A stretch of DNA of 63,946 nt, filler included, from Reticulomyxa filosa (lineage: Eukaryota > Protista > Foraminifera), in the NCBI GenBank assembly GCA_000512085.1. It is 20 parts of 20 records of this genome, joined end to end, with 100 filler letters (N's around TTAATTAATTAA, not from the genome) between each part and the next. Parts side by side here need not be neighbours in the genome. Positions count along the whole stretch, not along the records: positions 25,535 to 27,786 come from ASPP01002761.1; positions 27,887 to 38,337 come from ASPP01001874.1; positions 38,438 to 40,832 come from ASPP01004057.1; 17 more parts are not named here. The stretch is one strand, 5' to 3'. The notes beneath the pieces were generated by a model. That model was not told where the DNA came from. It did not search any database and saw only the letters and a program-made list of their open reading frames with translations. Positions within the stretch are counted from its first letter, which is position 1. Every line of letters begins with the position of its first letter. Shown in pieces: positions 25,535-39,176 of this stretch. A program made the translations under genes and the position numbers.

Positions 25535-27423
25535 TTTTTTTTTTCTCCTCCCGAATGTGCTAAAAGAGACTCTCGAAAACAAAAACATTGCTGCTGAAAA
25601 TGGATCCCAATGTATCGAACGACAGAGCAAAGGGAACAAAGACAAAACCAGAGGTGGCAAACTTGGAAAAGGAAATGACACAATTGCAAATGGACTTGTT
25701 TGAATTGGACGAGCAATATCGGCCGATACATTTGACATTGCGCAAGATTAACGCGGTGGAAACAGACATGGAAAACTATCAAGAGAACTATAGTTCAAAG
25801 CTGGGCCAGCTGCGTAGACTACACAGTCGATTGAACAAAACTCTGGAAATGCATCAAGAACAGCGAGCTAGTGCCATTGCGGCTTTGCAAGCCACCGAAA
25901 TGCAGCAAGGAGTAATGACATCCAAAATTAGTGACCGAGTGGCGCAAACGTTACTCAAAATCGATTTATTGAAGCAACAACTTGAAGAAGCAAAACAACA
26001 GCGAGTCAAAGACCAATCGTATTCGACCACCCTTTCCAATTTCTATTCCAGTTATTTTTCCACGGCACAAGCAAATGAGCAAATGGATCAAAGTTTGAAG
26101 TCCACCAAAGAATTGGAGTTGGAAAGTGAACTGCACATGTCCGACAATTTTTTAAAAGGATTGCACGAGTTTTTGAAAGGATTGAAAAAACTAAGAGCAG
26201 AACAATATCATCGAATTACACATATCGAACAAGTGGTTACACAAATGAGTTATCAACGGGCCGCCGTAGTCGACAAAATCGATACTTTAGAAAGAGAAGC
26301 CACACAGAAATTAGATGACATCCAGCACCAGTTTATTGTTCCATTGCAACAGCAAATCGCACAGTCCAAAGAGTATCAGCAGCAACACCAGCAATCCCAA
26401 TTGCAACAACAGGAACAAACCATGTAATTTTTGTTACTGTTGTTCAAATGTTTGCTTTCAATACATTGCTCCACTCTTTGTTTTTTGATGCCAAAACATA
26501 AATATGCGTTTGCACATGTGCACTCATGGGGGGGGGGGGAAACCTGTCATATTATTTAACTTTAATACCCAACAGCCATAATGACGAAGCGGATATTCAC
26601 AGCTCATCCTTGTCGCTCCAGGACATTATTCGAAGACGAGTAAATGGAATGAATAATGTCTATAAAAAATTACAAGAGCTGGAAAATAGACTGCTGACAA
26701 CTGGCTCCGAAGAGTATCTACGCGGATTAACCGAAATTCGTGAATTGCAATCCATCATAAACAATCAATACTTGAAACATTTTTTCACACGTTTTGTTAC
26801 CAAGGCCAATCAAATATTTAATGATCTTCAACTAGCATCGATCTCAATTTTGGAACCAACCATCAGTTATTTATTATATACGTATGTTATATACGCATGT
26901 AATGTATCTTCATATTGAAATAATAAAATATATATCTGTAAATAATTATTTCAATAAATTTCAATTAGCTGATAACTCCACTATTCTGGAATTGGAAGGC
27001 ATTAAAACTTTGCTGACTGTATTAAAACGAAATAAACGTAACAATGAATTGACTAAAGATATTGGTGATGTTATGAAATTTGTGCAAGCAATACCTGATC
27101 GTGAAATTGTGATCATGCAAGTGGCTCGGCATTTGGCGCTCGCCACGCCTTATAAACAGTTCATCACTGGCAAGCATCGGCCCAAAAGTATGATACCACC
27201 ACTGCCAAAAGATGATAATCGTGATCCAAATAATTCTTACGTTATTCTAGATTTATTTGTTAACAAATTGTTGGAAGAATGGATTGGCTCCATATGTAAC
27301 GTTTTTGGAACTGCCACAAGTGTGACTGTGGCACTCGAAAATGACATCATAGCTCAAGTACGACCTAACAACGCCGCAAAGCTTATTGTAAATTCGGTAT
27401 GGGGCTTGGATGGCACGTTATGA
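25535..27423 (+). CDS. Coiled-coil protein with helical C-terminus (5' truncated, multi-exon)
   Basis: Three consecutive long same-strand ORFs (25588, 26526, 26884) separated by intron-like AT-rich segments; heptad- and Q-rich. Confidence 0.6.
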
Positions 27424-30400
27424 TTAATCAAATGTTCAAGGGGATGAGTTTTATTTGCTTCCACAAATTTTGTGACGATTTGTTTGTGTTGATTGTTTTT
27501 CGATTATGACAGTTTTTTTGGATGTAACAAAAAAATACACAAAATGAAATAAACAACTTGAAAATGCAATATGCAGTGAATAATACTTTAATTTGTCAAA
27601 TGATGTTGATCTTGTGCATTGCAAAACAACTTTCTTACATTAATAACACAAGCTTTCCAGATATTTTTTCTAATTTCAAAATTTAACTTTTCCGAAATCA
27701 TTACGAAAACGACTGCATGTCTTCAATTTTTTGGTCACAGCCAATAATTAAATGAACACACGATTGTACCTATCATATGATAGATTNNNNNNNNNNNNNN
27801 NNNNNNNNNNNNNNNNNNNNNNNNNNNNNNTTAATTAATTAANNNNNNNNNNNNNNNNNNNNNNNNNNNNNNNNNNNNNNNNNNNNATATTTTAAAGATT
27901 AAATTAAAACTTTAATTTTTTTTTTCACTTGCTGTTGTTGATTGTGTGAGTTTTTGATATGCTTGTTCCTTTTGGGACGAAGTGCTCATTTTAACTTGTA
28001 TAAGATCTCATCCTTGATATAAAAAAAAATGTTGTTTTATTGGTTACTTTGTAATGTATTGTAGTTAAAAAATTTCTTTCTTTAAGTCTTGATGAACTTT
28101 CTTGGACAAAACGACGCTGGAATACTTGAATCAATTTTTTAAAATCTTCTTCAAAGCTTAAGAGATGTCGAATTATCTTAAGAAGGGTTACTTTTCATTC
28201 AATTTGTTTCGCTTTTGCTTCACACAAAAAAATATTTTCCTCGTTTGAATGTTTGCTTGTGTTCAAAAATTTCAAATGATAAAAAAAAACGTATTCTTCC
28301 ATATATCATCTAAATATCTCTTGTGTTGCAATAGGTATTTATTTGACGTGCCATTCGAATTTAAAATCTTGTTAGATATTTCTTACAGAAAATAAAAAAG
28401 CAAAAAGAAATATGATATCAAATTAAAAATGACATTAACAAGTGATCAGAAAAATGAAAAGAATCTGAATAATCACAATTTAAGACAATGGTATTTAATC
28501 GTCTTAATTAGATTCAGAATTATCACGATTAGAATCGTCTTCATAACACTTTCAGTCGTAAAAGAATGCGACATTAAACTAAACACCACAAAGCTCTAAT
28601 AATTTGAGACGCGTTCAACAGTGGGTGCTTTTGAAAGGTGTTAACAAGAAAAAAAGCACTTTCGCGACTACAATCGTTTTAGAGAGTTTTTTTATTTGAC
28701 GAAACCGTTTCCTCTTACTTTGCCCCACTATTTTTTCAAATTGCTTTCAAAAGGGGTTAGTTCCATTTTATTTTTTTTTACAGTAATGTTGTTCCCCAGG
28801 TAAGTAATCATACTTAATGCTTTTATTTTTTCTTTTGTCTTCATAACAAACAATATTGTTTAGTCTTGATTATTTATTTGACGGATGAAGACAATGAAAG
28901 TGATAAATAAAGTAAAAAAATTTTGACAAATAAAGAGTTGCATATAAGATTGGAAATTTGTATGTCATTGTTTGGTTAAAAAACGAATTTCAGAAATATT
29001 AAAGTAAAGATAAATTTTAGCAATATTTGCAAACAAAGTTACACATAATACGTGCGTTTTATGAGAAAAAAATAATACATTTTTACAAGCAAAACTTAAA
29101 TTCAGGACCAAATTCCACTTACCTCCCCTTAAAATAGATTTTACAATTTGTCACATACCAAGTAATCCAAATATATTATGCTTTTTACGCATTACTTTGC
29201 CAAATTATACCATTCACAGCAAATACAGCCCAGCGAAATTGTGTATATATTTTTTACAAAATAAAATTATTACATTTTGAAGAGTTTCACAAAAGGGTCT
29301 AGTTCCATTTTATTTTTTTTTATATCTGTCATCAGACTGTTCATTTAAGTAAATCCAGAAATGATGAAGCTAATGTTTAGAGTTTTTAGAATTAGAAGCA
29401 ATTGAATAAACATTTGTGCTGTTTTTGTCAAGTTTATTCTTATTATATTTCAAACCGCTATTTTTTAAAAGATAAATTCTATAATAACATGGGCTTGACC
29501 AATGTCGTACACATACCGTACAAAAAAAACGCGTGAAAATAGACCATAGATGCAATAGAATCGCTATTTTATTATTCGATAACGTGAATGATTGTATTTC
29601 CAATCCAACAAACTGATAAATTTTTGTTGCATGAAGAAAAATCATAATTTGTGATCTATCATTTGCTATATCCTGAAATGTTTGATCGTAGAAAAATAAG
29701 ATATTTTAATATAAATAATATTGAAAAATAAAAGTTATTTTTGTTTGTTTTCGTTTGTATGTGCACGGTAACTCGATCTTTTTTAATGGAAAAAAGATAG
29801 CACGCGATTTGGACACCTTTAAAAATTTCTCTCAGTAACAATTGACCGAATGAATCCGTAATTCCAAATCAACAAGATTCGACATGAAAGATAATGAGAT
29901 ATTATTGGCTGATGTACCAAAATAACGAACATTTGTTTGCTCAAAATCAGGCCCGTTTTGTGCGTCAATACAGTTTACAACACGTGTATTGTCACATTGA
30001 CCTTTTTATTAAAAAATAAAAATGGAATTATTTGATGAGAGAAATTGGCCGGTGTTGGATTTTATCAAATTAAGAAATTTCATGTTAATTATATAAAAGT
30101 GATTTTCTTTTTCCGCCTTGAAATTGAAACATTAACAAAAAAGGATTCGTTAAAAATTCCAAAAATTGTAAGTATTGCAATATGCATATGTATGTGTACT
30201 GACATGACGAATAATTATAAGATTTTTGTAGTCATCAACTTTCTGCTGTCCAACAACAAAAATGAGGTGACATAAAAACATTAAAAAAACAAGTATGGTA
30301 ATTGTTAATGAGACGACACACAACCAAAATTCATTGTTGACAATGATTATGTACACTTGTTGTTTCAGGTTCCGATGCCCAGAATCTCAATTGTACCGCT

Positions 30401-30498
30401 CAAATGGGCATTACTATGGCCCTCCGTTAACGAACTCGAAGCTTTTAATCTACTATTCATTGATCTTTAGATAATGAAAAATAATCATCCAACTTTTT

Positions 30499-33400
30499 TT
30501 ACAATTCTTCGTTTTGAAAAAAAGTTTCTTTGAGACACCGATTTTGACTCTTGGAAGTGACAGCAAAAGTTGTATTCTGGCTATAGTCACATGTATACTT
30601 TGTGAAGTTGGATGTATCAAAACTAGATTGGTTGTGATTTGGAAAAAAAGGATTTATCTTGGCTTCATTTCGATCTACGTTTGAAGTCACGTCACCACTC
30701 TGGACTTTCATTTGCAGTAATGGCCAAGATTGTCTTACCATTTGTTTGCACTGCAAGCATTCCCCAAAATGGCCAACTGTCGCCTCTTTGTCAAACGAAT
30801 AATATCCACAATAAGTCTTCTGTTTTCCAAAACAATTGATAAAACGAAGTTGCATTTTCAATTGTTCTTTGTTTATTTTTTTTCCCTTAGTAGCATCAAT
30901 GTGATAAAAATGGATGCGAGGAAATTGAGGAGAGCAAAACAAAATGGATAATAAACAAGCATATAAAAAGAAGGCATACATATTGTATTTGTCCATTTTT
31001 TAAAGGCTCAATTTCCAAAAGTAAGTTTCCCTTTTCATGTTTATCTCCAAGCGCTGTATTGAAATGAGTTGTAATTAAGCACAAATAGACAAGTCTTATT
31101 GAACAAAAAAATATAGAAATGCAAAAGCCAAAAAAAAACGTAACAGGGCAAGCGATTCCATGAATCGAATTTGTTACCCTTGTCAAGATCCGGCGTCATT
31201 TTTAGTAATTTGTGCATATATGGATCGCTTTTGATGATTTGAGTCATTGAGAGTACAAACAATCCATTGCAAAGTTTGCTATCATTTGCCGGGAAATTGG
31301 CATCATTGAATTGTCCACCATTCAATTTCGAAGATTTATATGCTGTATGTATATTGTCTTGTTTCGAAAAAGGATATGGGGATAATGCTGCCGAAAACAC
31401 ACTCGGGGCAATTGTAAAATCTCTTTCGCTACTAAAAAATCGCTGGTTTGTCGATATTTTTTCCATATCCGATAGCTTAGAGTGGGACATGGGATTTGTC
31501 AGGATTCTGCGTGTCTCGGCAATATCATCCCCATTGAGAGGATTTATATCGTTCATGATCATCAGAGGTGTACGGTAGTCGTCTTTCCATTGATTTGTTT
31601 TGCTCTCTCTTTTCTCATCACTGTCGTTTTCGTCGCTATTGTCCTCATTACTATCATCCTCATCACTGTCATCATCGTCATCTGTGTAGTCAATTTGCAT
31701 TTGATCCACTCTTTTTGTTCTACTTTGAGCCTGTTCTGAAGACATGATATCGTCTACTTGCGGAATATAGCACGACCATTTCATTATTTGTTTATCCATT
31801 GATTGGGTATATTTTGTTATTATTGTTATTGTTATTGTTATTGTTGTGAAAAAGATTTTTGTTTGACAAAGGCATTGCATTTTTGCACACGCATGTTATG
31901 CAAACTGTCAAAGCTTTTTAAAGCAGATGAAGAAAAACAATGGAATAGCTTTCCAGAAAGTATTGTGTCCCACCTTCCAAAACTTTTTCCGGCAAGGGCT
32001 TTTTATCACGCAATAATTTGAGGAAATAATCATGTGCATAAGAGCGCACTTGCTTCACAGTGCGTGTTGTACCCATGAACTTTACTATCTGAATCCAGAC
32101 AAGCACAAAATACAAAAAATTTTGTTTTTCATTTGCGTGATACCCGCGTGTACACGGGATTATATGTGTGTATATATTGTCTTGTTCCAAATCGTACAGA
32201 CCTTACGAAAATCTCTTCCAAATAAATGGAGCCCTTCAATCAATTTTGCACATTCGGTTTGATCCCAATGTGCCCACGAACACTAAAGAGAATGGACCAA
32301 GCATAAGCGTTGTCATTATTTTCAAAAGTAAGCAAATAAACAAAATACACAAAGCAAACCGAAGCGGATTTCTTTGCTCCCTTGGATTTTGTTGGTTTAA
32401 TGCATTTGCTTTTGACATCATTTTCATTTTCATTTTTGTTTTTGTTTTTGTTTTTGTTTTTATTATTCTTATTTTCGTTCGTATTTCTATTCTTATTTTT
32501 GTTTTTACGTTTGTTTCGACTGCGACTGCGACTGCAGCTATAACTGGAGCTGGGATCAGTGTGACAATTTTTACGATTTTTTGGTTTGTTACGTGGACGA
32601 CTTCTTTGCCAATTAGGGCTATTATCTGCATCTGGTATTTCATCACTGTCCGAAAGTTGTGAATAGAGTTTGTCGTGGAATGTATCCAGTGAATCGAAAT
32701 TGGAATGAGCACTTCCGTTGAGAGGATCCTCGGAATGAATAGAATTATTGAGAGGGGAACAAAAAGAGAGAATTGGGACAATGTCAGTAGAAATTTCAGG
32801 ATGGCAAGAGGGATGAAAAAAAGATGAAGAAGGAACAGGAATAACAATCCCATTCAAATGAATAAGTTCTTCCGAAATTCCTTCCCCAATGGCAAATTGA
32901 TGTTCGTGTATTTTTTGTTGTAAATAAAACTTGCCCAGTCCAAAGGAGGGCCGGGAACAAATATGACAAGGGCAGTGGGGCACATAAACATGTCCATCTT
33001 TGTCCGTTGTTGGTTTGCGTGGAAAGTATTGAAAAATCAATGGAGCATATTGATGTGCATCATGCAATGTCTCTGTGCAAATCACAAATCTTCGAACATA
33101 TTTCAAATCCATGAAAACACTTCGAATTGTTGAAAGCATTCGATTGGTGCATTCTCTATCCATTTGTTCAAAACGGGTTAATTCCAATCCAATTATATCA
33201 ATGGTCAAATCCATAGTTTGTTGAATATCAAGCAATCGCCGATTTATTTCAAGTAATTGACAATCTGTGAAATAATTACCCTTTGTTACCATCATTAACA
33301 CATTTTTGGGTCCTAAATATGTTTCTTCGGTATTCACAAAATATGTGTTCCCAATCTGTTTATTTCTCCATTCTTCTAGTTCCTCTTTGCCATTCAAGTT

Positions 33401-35606
33401 TTCTTCTCCACACAACAATTTCATTATATCTAGTCCTTGTGATACAAGTGCATCAATCAACTTTTTGCCACCCCGAGCCAGCAATCGTCCAATCAACCAA
33501 TCACTCTCATCCCCATTGTAACACAATGGAATTATTGCAACGTCCACACGCAACAATGTCAGGTCACATTGTCTAAATGTTTAGTCCCCATTGATATCCA
33601 AATCATATGTAGAGTGTATATGCATATATAATTTTCCCTTCAAAAAACAAAATCATAAATTGTGGGTTGTTTTCTGTTTTTTTATTTTAAGTAGTTGTAC
33701 CCAAAGGCTAAAATTCGATTGGCCGTTTCGTCGACAGTGTCTATAAGTGACAATGGTGGTTTTTTTGGCTTGAAAGTGAAATCCACAAATCCCCACGCTG
33801 TTATATCCAAAGGATGAATAATATCAAGATCTTGCGACTTTTCATCGAAATACACGCCTTTTACTATTTTTTTAATGTTATTTTGGTAATACATGCCTAT
33901 AATCATTTGTATTACTTTATTCATTATTTTCTGCAAACAAACAAAACTGAATTGTCCATAATACCTTCCACATGAGGGTTGAAATTGTTTGAACAGAACG
34001 GGCAAAGACTGCCATTTCAACAAAGTGAATCGATTGGGCTGTTGAACCAGTCGATAAATATAAACCATAACATGGACATGAGGCTCTCCTGAAAAGCCCG
34101 TATTGCCACCGTATCCAACCAACTGACCCGCTTTCACAAAATCGCCAATCGCTACCTTTTTGTATTATTGTTATTGTGAAAGACTAATGCAATTGTGTTA
34201 AAAAAAAAAGGGTAACAAACAACTCAAAAAAAAAACAAACTCGAATGGAGCGAAAGCGCAAATGCACCAAATCACAAAAACTGCCATCGCTGTGGAGAAT
34301 GGTGACGTAATTGCAGTACTCTTCATATTCTAATTCAGGCCCATGTTGCCATCGCTGTTGTTCAATGTCCACGACATAACCACTTCGAGGTGCAACGACA
34401 GGGGTCCCCACTGTCACTGCGAAATCGTAGCTATTGACATAAGATCCACACGCATGTGAAAAGGTACCTCCGGGTCCTTGAGAGCATAAAAATGAAAATC
34501 GGTGACGACATTGATATTTCTCCTTATCTCCATTACCATCATTTATTTGTTGTTGATCTTTGGAAGGCGAGCTTGACATACCCAGCACTTGTCGAATATC
34601 AAAGTCCAATGCAAAAGGTAATAAATATTCATATTTCGAATCGTGTCGGGCCAACACATTGACTTTGCTATAGAATTGCAGTTTTGGAAATGTTGCTTTG
34701 TCTTCGTCACCAATTATTGCCCTCTGTTTTTTTTGTGTTTTGTTCTGTTTTTTAATTGGTTTCGAAATATACAACAAATCGAAAAAAGAGTGTATTTCAA
34801 TGGAGTTGCATTGGATTTGAAATATATATAACATTGTCCTTTCGAGTTAATTTGCAAATGCAAATGGCTTTCATTTGATCCAACTGACAAGTGGACTGTG
34901 GAAATAATACGACAATAACTGAGTCCTCACATCCCCATTGAAGACATTGCTCCACTTCTGTCGTCCAATGGCAATCATAGATCTCATTGTCAAACTCCAT
35001 TCGAACTGACATTGGCGCGTAATTACTTGTGTTTATTGCCCATGCTTCCAAAGGGCCAGTCGAAGGAAGGTATACCCAAACATCATCTTTTTTTTTGTAA
35101 AACGTGACACTCAATCAAAAAGCACCTTGTTTCTTTTTTTTTCGCAAAAAAAAATTCAATGACTTTTGCAATTTATTAGCCTTACCATATAATGATTCAA
35201 TAACCACTGACAACTCAAAGTCTTCCAATTTTTCTCCATGGAAGCGCTTCTTACATCTCAGTGCTGCTCCACTGTCGTTAAATCGTATGTTTGCATGACA
35301 TGTACTTCTTCCTGTTTCTAAATCTCGATTGCTGTCACTCTTCAACTCCAATGTGTGTCTTCCTATTTCACTTAGTTGCTGTGACAATGTGCTTGAACGC
35401 GTGTGCCCTGGCAAACCCTTTATTGTCACTTGTGGTCTTGCTTCTTCATTTCCTGTGTTTGCAATATAGACATGCCCTTTTTTACTCTTGTTTGCTTTTG
35501 TCTTTCGTACTCAGTAATAAAATCATACAAAAATGAAACAAATGTTTCAAGTAGTGACAATTTACTGACTGCAAAAAAGAGCTCGTCTCGAGGATTGTGA
35601 GGGCAT
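30499..35606 (-). CDS. Multidomain protein: RRM + M23 metallopeptidase + degenerate macro domain + SHAQKYF-like Myb
   Basis: Phase-compatible GT-AG introns at 35569-35477, 35185-~35087, 34832-34724, 34240-34156, 33700-33573, 32359-32283, 32201-~32089 and further 3'. M23 motifs SQG..G.FSH..YDF..GTPVVAPRSG, HSDG..VHL, GNTGFSGEPHVH. Macro-like GQCDLTLLRVDVAII...QYFP. Myb WDQTECAKLIEGLHLFGRDFRK|IVKFMGTTRTVKQVRSYAHDYF. Needs one added G in a G-run near 31969. Confidence 0.72.
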
Positions 35607-36662
35607 CAAATCGCATATATACCAATAAGTAAAGGAAGGGAAAAATTATATTAAAATGTCCGTCAAAAGGAACTTTAAAAGTTACTTTAACTCGAATTTT
35701 TTGTCAAGATAAATAATTCTCACAAAGACAAAATTTCCTTACTTTTCATAATCAATTTCACAAAACAAAAACATTTTGGAGATAGCCACTTCGCGTATTA
35801 ATTTTTGTAATAAAATTTCTGATTCTCCCATTTTAACTACAATTGCTTACAATTTTAGAAGAGTTTCAAAAACCCATTCTTTTAAATGGAATCCTTTGTT
35901 TTTTTGCCACTTTGCCTAAAACAGCAATTAAAAATTCATTTTAGTATCCATTTAAAAAGTCATTAATTTATGCAAAAAGAAAAATAAATCTTGAGGGCTT
36001 TGATTTTATGTTAAAAATTCACACGAAACAGCTGACTAAACACTGTCCCAATGGACTTCTGAGAAAAAACATTTCTTTAAAATAAAGGTCTTTGTGAAAA
36101 AAAAATCAACAATGTAATCATTTCAAAATTTATAATGGGTCTCTGAATAATATCTGCAGATAAAGGCCTGTCACCACTTTCATACGTTCCACCTGAAATT
36201 TTAAACAAACAAAAAAAGGGGGTTTGAGTATAAATAATAAGAGAGAACAATATAGCAGAAAATGACTAAACAAATCAACTCAATGAAAAAGCATTTCTCT
36301 TCTTTATCTAACAGTTGCTGTTCAATATTTTTTATGTGGTCGCTTTTGATTATGTCCCCTCAATTTGTGTTTTGATTTTGTGTTCGGCACGTTTAGTCGT
36401 GCAATTTATTGAGCATCTAAAATTTATTAGGAAAGTGCTATCAATAAATGGTAAGTACGAGCATGGGCCGGAAGCGTAGCAATATATTGAATAAATGTAG
36501 CGCTGCTGTCTTTAGACAGAGATATCAAATATAAAAAACTGAAACAAGACAAAACTACAAAAAAAAGATGTTATTATATATCTCGTTCTTCTGAAAAGTT
36601 TTTGCGTCCTGTAGGGACATTCTTGACCGCATGATATTTTTTTAAAAGAAAAGCTTGCTTCA

Positions 36663-38337
36663 TCAATTAAATGTAGTCGCTGTTTGCGACAATCCCAATC
36701 CGTACATAACAGCAGGGATTTTCATGACTTGCACAGTGGTGCCAGTGGCATACAAACTTATGTGAGGAACAAAAGACATGTTTGCATATTTTTTGAATGT
36801 AAGAGAGTTTTTCAAAACATATTCAGAGCCGTTGCCACTTTCGGTGACCTGTTTCCATTTCAGTTCTTTTTTGTCAACGTGAAAATACATGTCAACAGTA
36901 CATTCGCGTAAGTGCCTCCAATCTAATGGAGATTCAAACACTTCAATCAAATTGGAGTCATTCATCTCTCCATTGCCTTGCCAGCCCCACACTATTCAAA
37001 AAATTAATTAATTTTTTTAATTAATATTTGTTTTGTTTTATTGCATTATGTTTGTCAAGATACACTTAACATTCTTTTTCAAGATATGAATTTGGGCTAA
37101 ATTTTTTTTTCCCATTGGCCACTCCGAGCATCAACAAATTGATTTGTCCTTGCTCATTACGTATCTTTTTTTGTATAGTATGTACACACATACATATACA
37201 TATATATTGTAATTTGTGTAATATACAAACAAACAAACTTTAAATCGCCAACAGTGCCGCCCTTGTAAAACCGCATAACAAATGGGTAACGAAATACTGA
37301 CTCGACTAAACACTCCAATTCCATAAACTCGACGAACGAGGGAGTTGTTATTTTCCAACTGAATGTCTTTGAAATTGAATATACGATCCGCACTGAAAGA
37401 CAGCAACGAACAAGGGCCTTTCGAATAGGAAGGTAAAGAGGGGGGAGGAAGGAGACATTGTAGAGCCACGACTAGTTATATCCCACGCATACATATATCT
37501 CAAAACAATTAAAAAAAAACAAACAAATAAAATAAGTAACAAAACTTGTTTGTGCAATGATGGTATTGGAATAAGGGGATTGACAATGCTCAAAAGAAGT
37601 GTGCACAGGTTTAATGCGAATTGCATAAAAACACCCCATTTCCAAATCTTCGACACAATGTTCCCATCTGTGATTTTGTGATTTGGTTACTTGGATTGGA
37701 CTCCATTTCTCATCCTCGCTGGTGACGTTGCACTCTGCACTTTTCACTTTGCGATATTCTATCAAAAATGAATCCGCATTTAGCATTTCATTGTACGGAC
37801 GACTTATTTTGCCCTTTTCATTTTCCCACTCTATCGTTATATTGTCAGTGCTGGCGCTTTTCAACGATACCTTCACTCCATTCATTTCATAAGCACCAAC
37901 CTTGCCGCATCTAGCTATTTCCTTTTTTTTTATTATAAAAAAAAAAAATATAATAATAAAGTAAGTCTTTATTACAACATGCATGTGTATACGTATATGC
38001 GTACGTGTATCATTTATATGTGTAGGTTGTGCATGTGCGTGTAGTATATATGTGCACGTATAATTAATATAGCACGTAATGTGCATGTGTGTTGATGAAA
38101 TAACTAGTTCACTTTTTTGATTGGGTAAAAATAAAATTTGTGGAAATTGAGCGACAAAATTCGAAGCATAGGTTTGCTCATACTCTTTGATTTGAGAATT
38201 GCAAAGTTGCATAATTTCGGTTTTTCGATCGCTCAGCTTTAATGTTTTGTCCTGCAGTAATTCGTCAACTTTATCTCGACACTTTTTTTTTTTTTTGAGG
38301 AAGATGGAGTCCCTTTTCTCTGTCGATAATGAAAATA
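36663..38337 (-). CDS. Coiled-coil + fibronectin type III + SPRY/B30.2-like protein (5' truncated)
   Basis: FN3 pattern ITIEW...FLIEY...VEDLEMGCFYAIRIK..SPYS. SPRY-like GRHCWRFKV..LMLGV..VDMYFHVDKKELKW..FVPHISLY. Multi-exon. Confidence 0.7.
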
Positions 38338-38451
38338 NNNNNNNNNNNNNNNNNNNNNNNNNNNNNNNNNNNNNNNNNNNNTTAATTAATTAANNNNNNN
38401 NNNNNNNNNNNNNNNNNNNNNNNNNNNNNNNNNNNNNATTAAATGTTGTTT

Positions 38452-38515
38452 TTTCATTTAGAAACACAATTATCTCTATAAGGTGGCAACTTTCTTTTTA
38501 TCCTACTGTATTATT
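38452..38515. repeat. Copy of one arm and flank of the 57628 hairpin element
   Basis: AGAAACACAATTATCTCTATAAGGTGGC followed by AACTTTCTTTTTATCCTACTGTA matches 57661-57725. Confidence 0.75.
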
Positions 38516-39176
38516 GTTAGTTTTAAAAATTGTTTTTATTTTGAAAGTATAAAAGAAACTGTCATTGCAGCCTGAAGATATTGTGACACTTCATATTTTT
38601 AACAATCAATTTGGTTTTGAAAAGATATTTTTTGTTGAAAGTGAAAATGATATCATATTATGTTGGCGACCAATAATAACTTGCAATTACATGATGACAT
38701 ACTTTATAAGATATCTACCCAATTTTATTCACTTTCTGATGCTAACAATACTGCACAATTGTAATAGTTGAAAACTTTGTGTTACTTTTTTTGTTTTATT
38801 TTTGTTTATGAATTACTACGTTAAGTTTTTTGACGATTTTACTATTTTATCTTTTTTTTTGTTTTTTAACTTGGAAAGTAATTTTACATCTGGCTTTCGG
38901 CTTATCTCTAAAAAAAATTACTTTCTGTCCTGAAAAGGCTAAGGCTGAAAGATAAACCGCAGTTCGGTGCAATTGTTGAGTATTAATCGGTTTTCAAAAA
39001 TAATTTTCAAAGTCAACAGAATCCACATTAAAATTATTCGTTTAAAGTTCGAGTTCAATGGCAATCAAAAGAATTTGTTTTCTGGAAGAAGAGAACGTGG
39101 TATTAAAATGAGTTCTCGTATATTTGGGACCAAGAAAACACAGAGCAGCAAAGTAAATATATTTCTATTGTAACTT

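Noticed and set aside
28750-29320. Short direct repeat AAAAGGG..TAGTTCCATTTTATTTTTTTT at ~28750 and ~29292
   Set aside because: Only two copies of largely low-complexity sequence, with no element structure evident.
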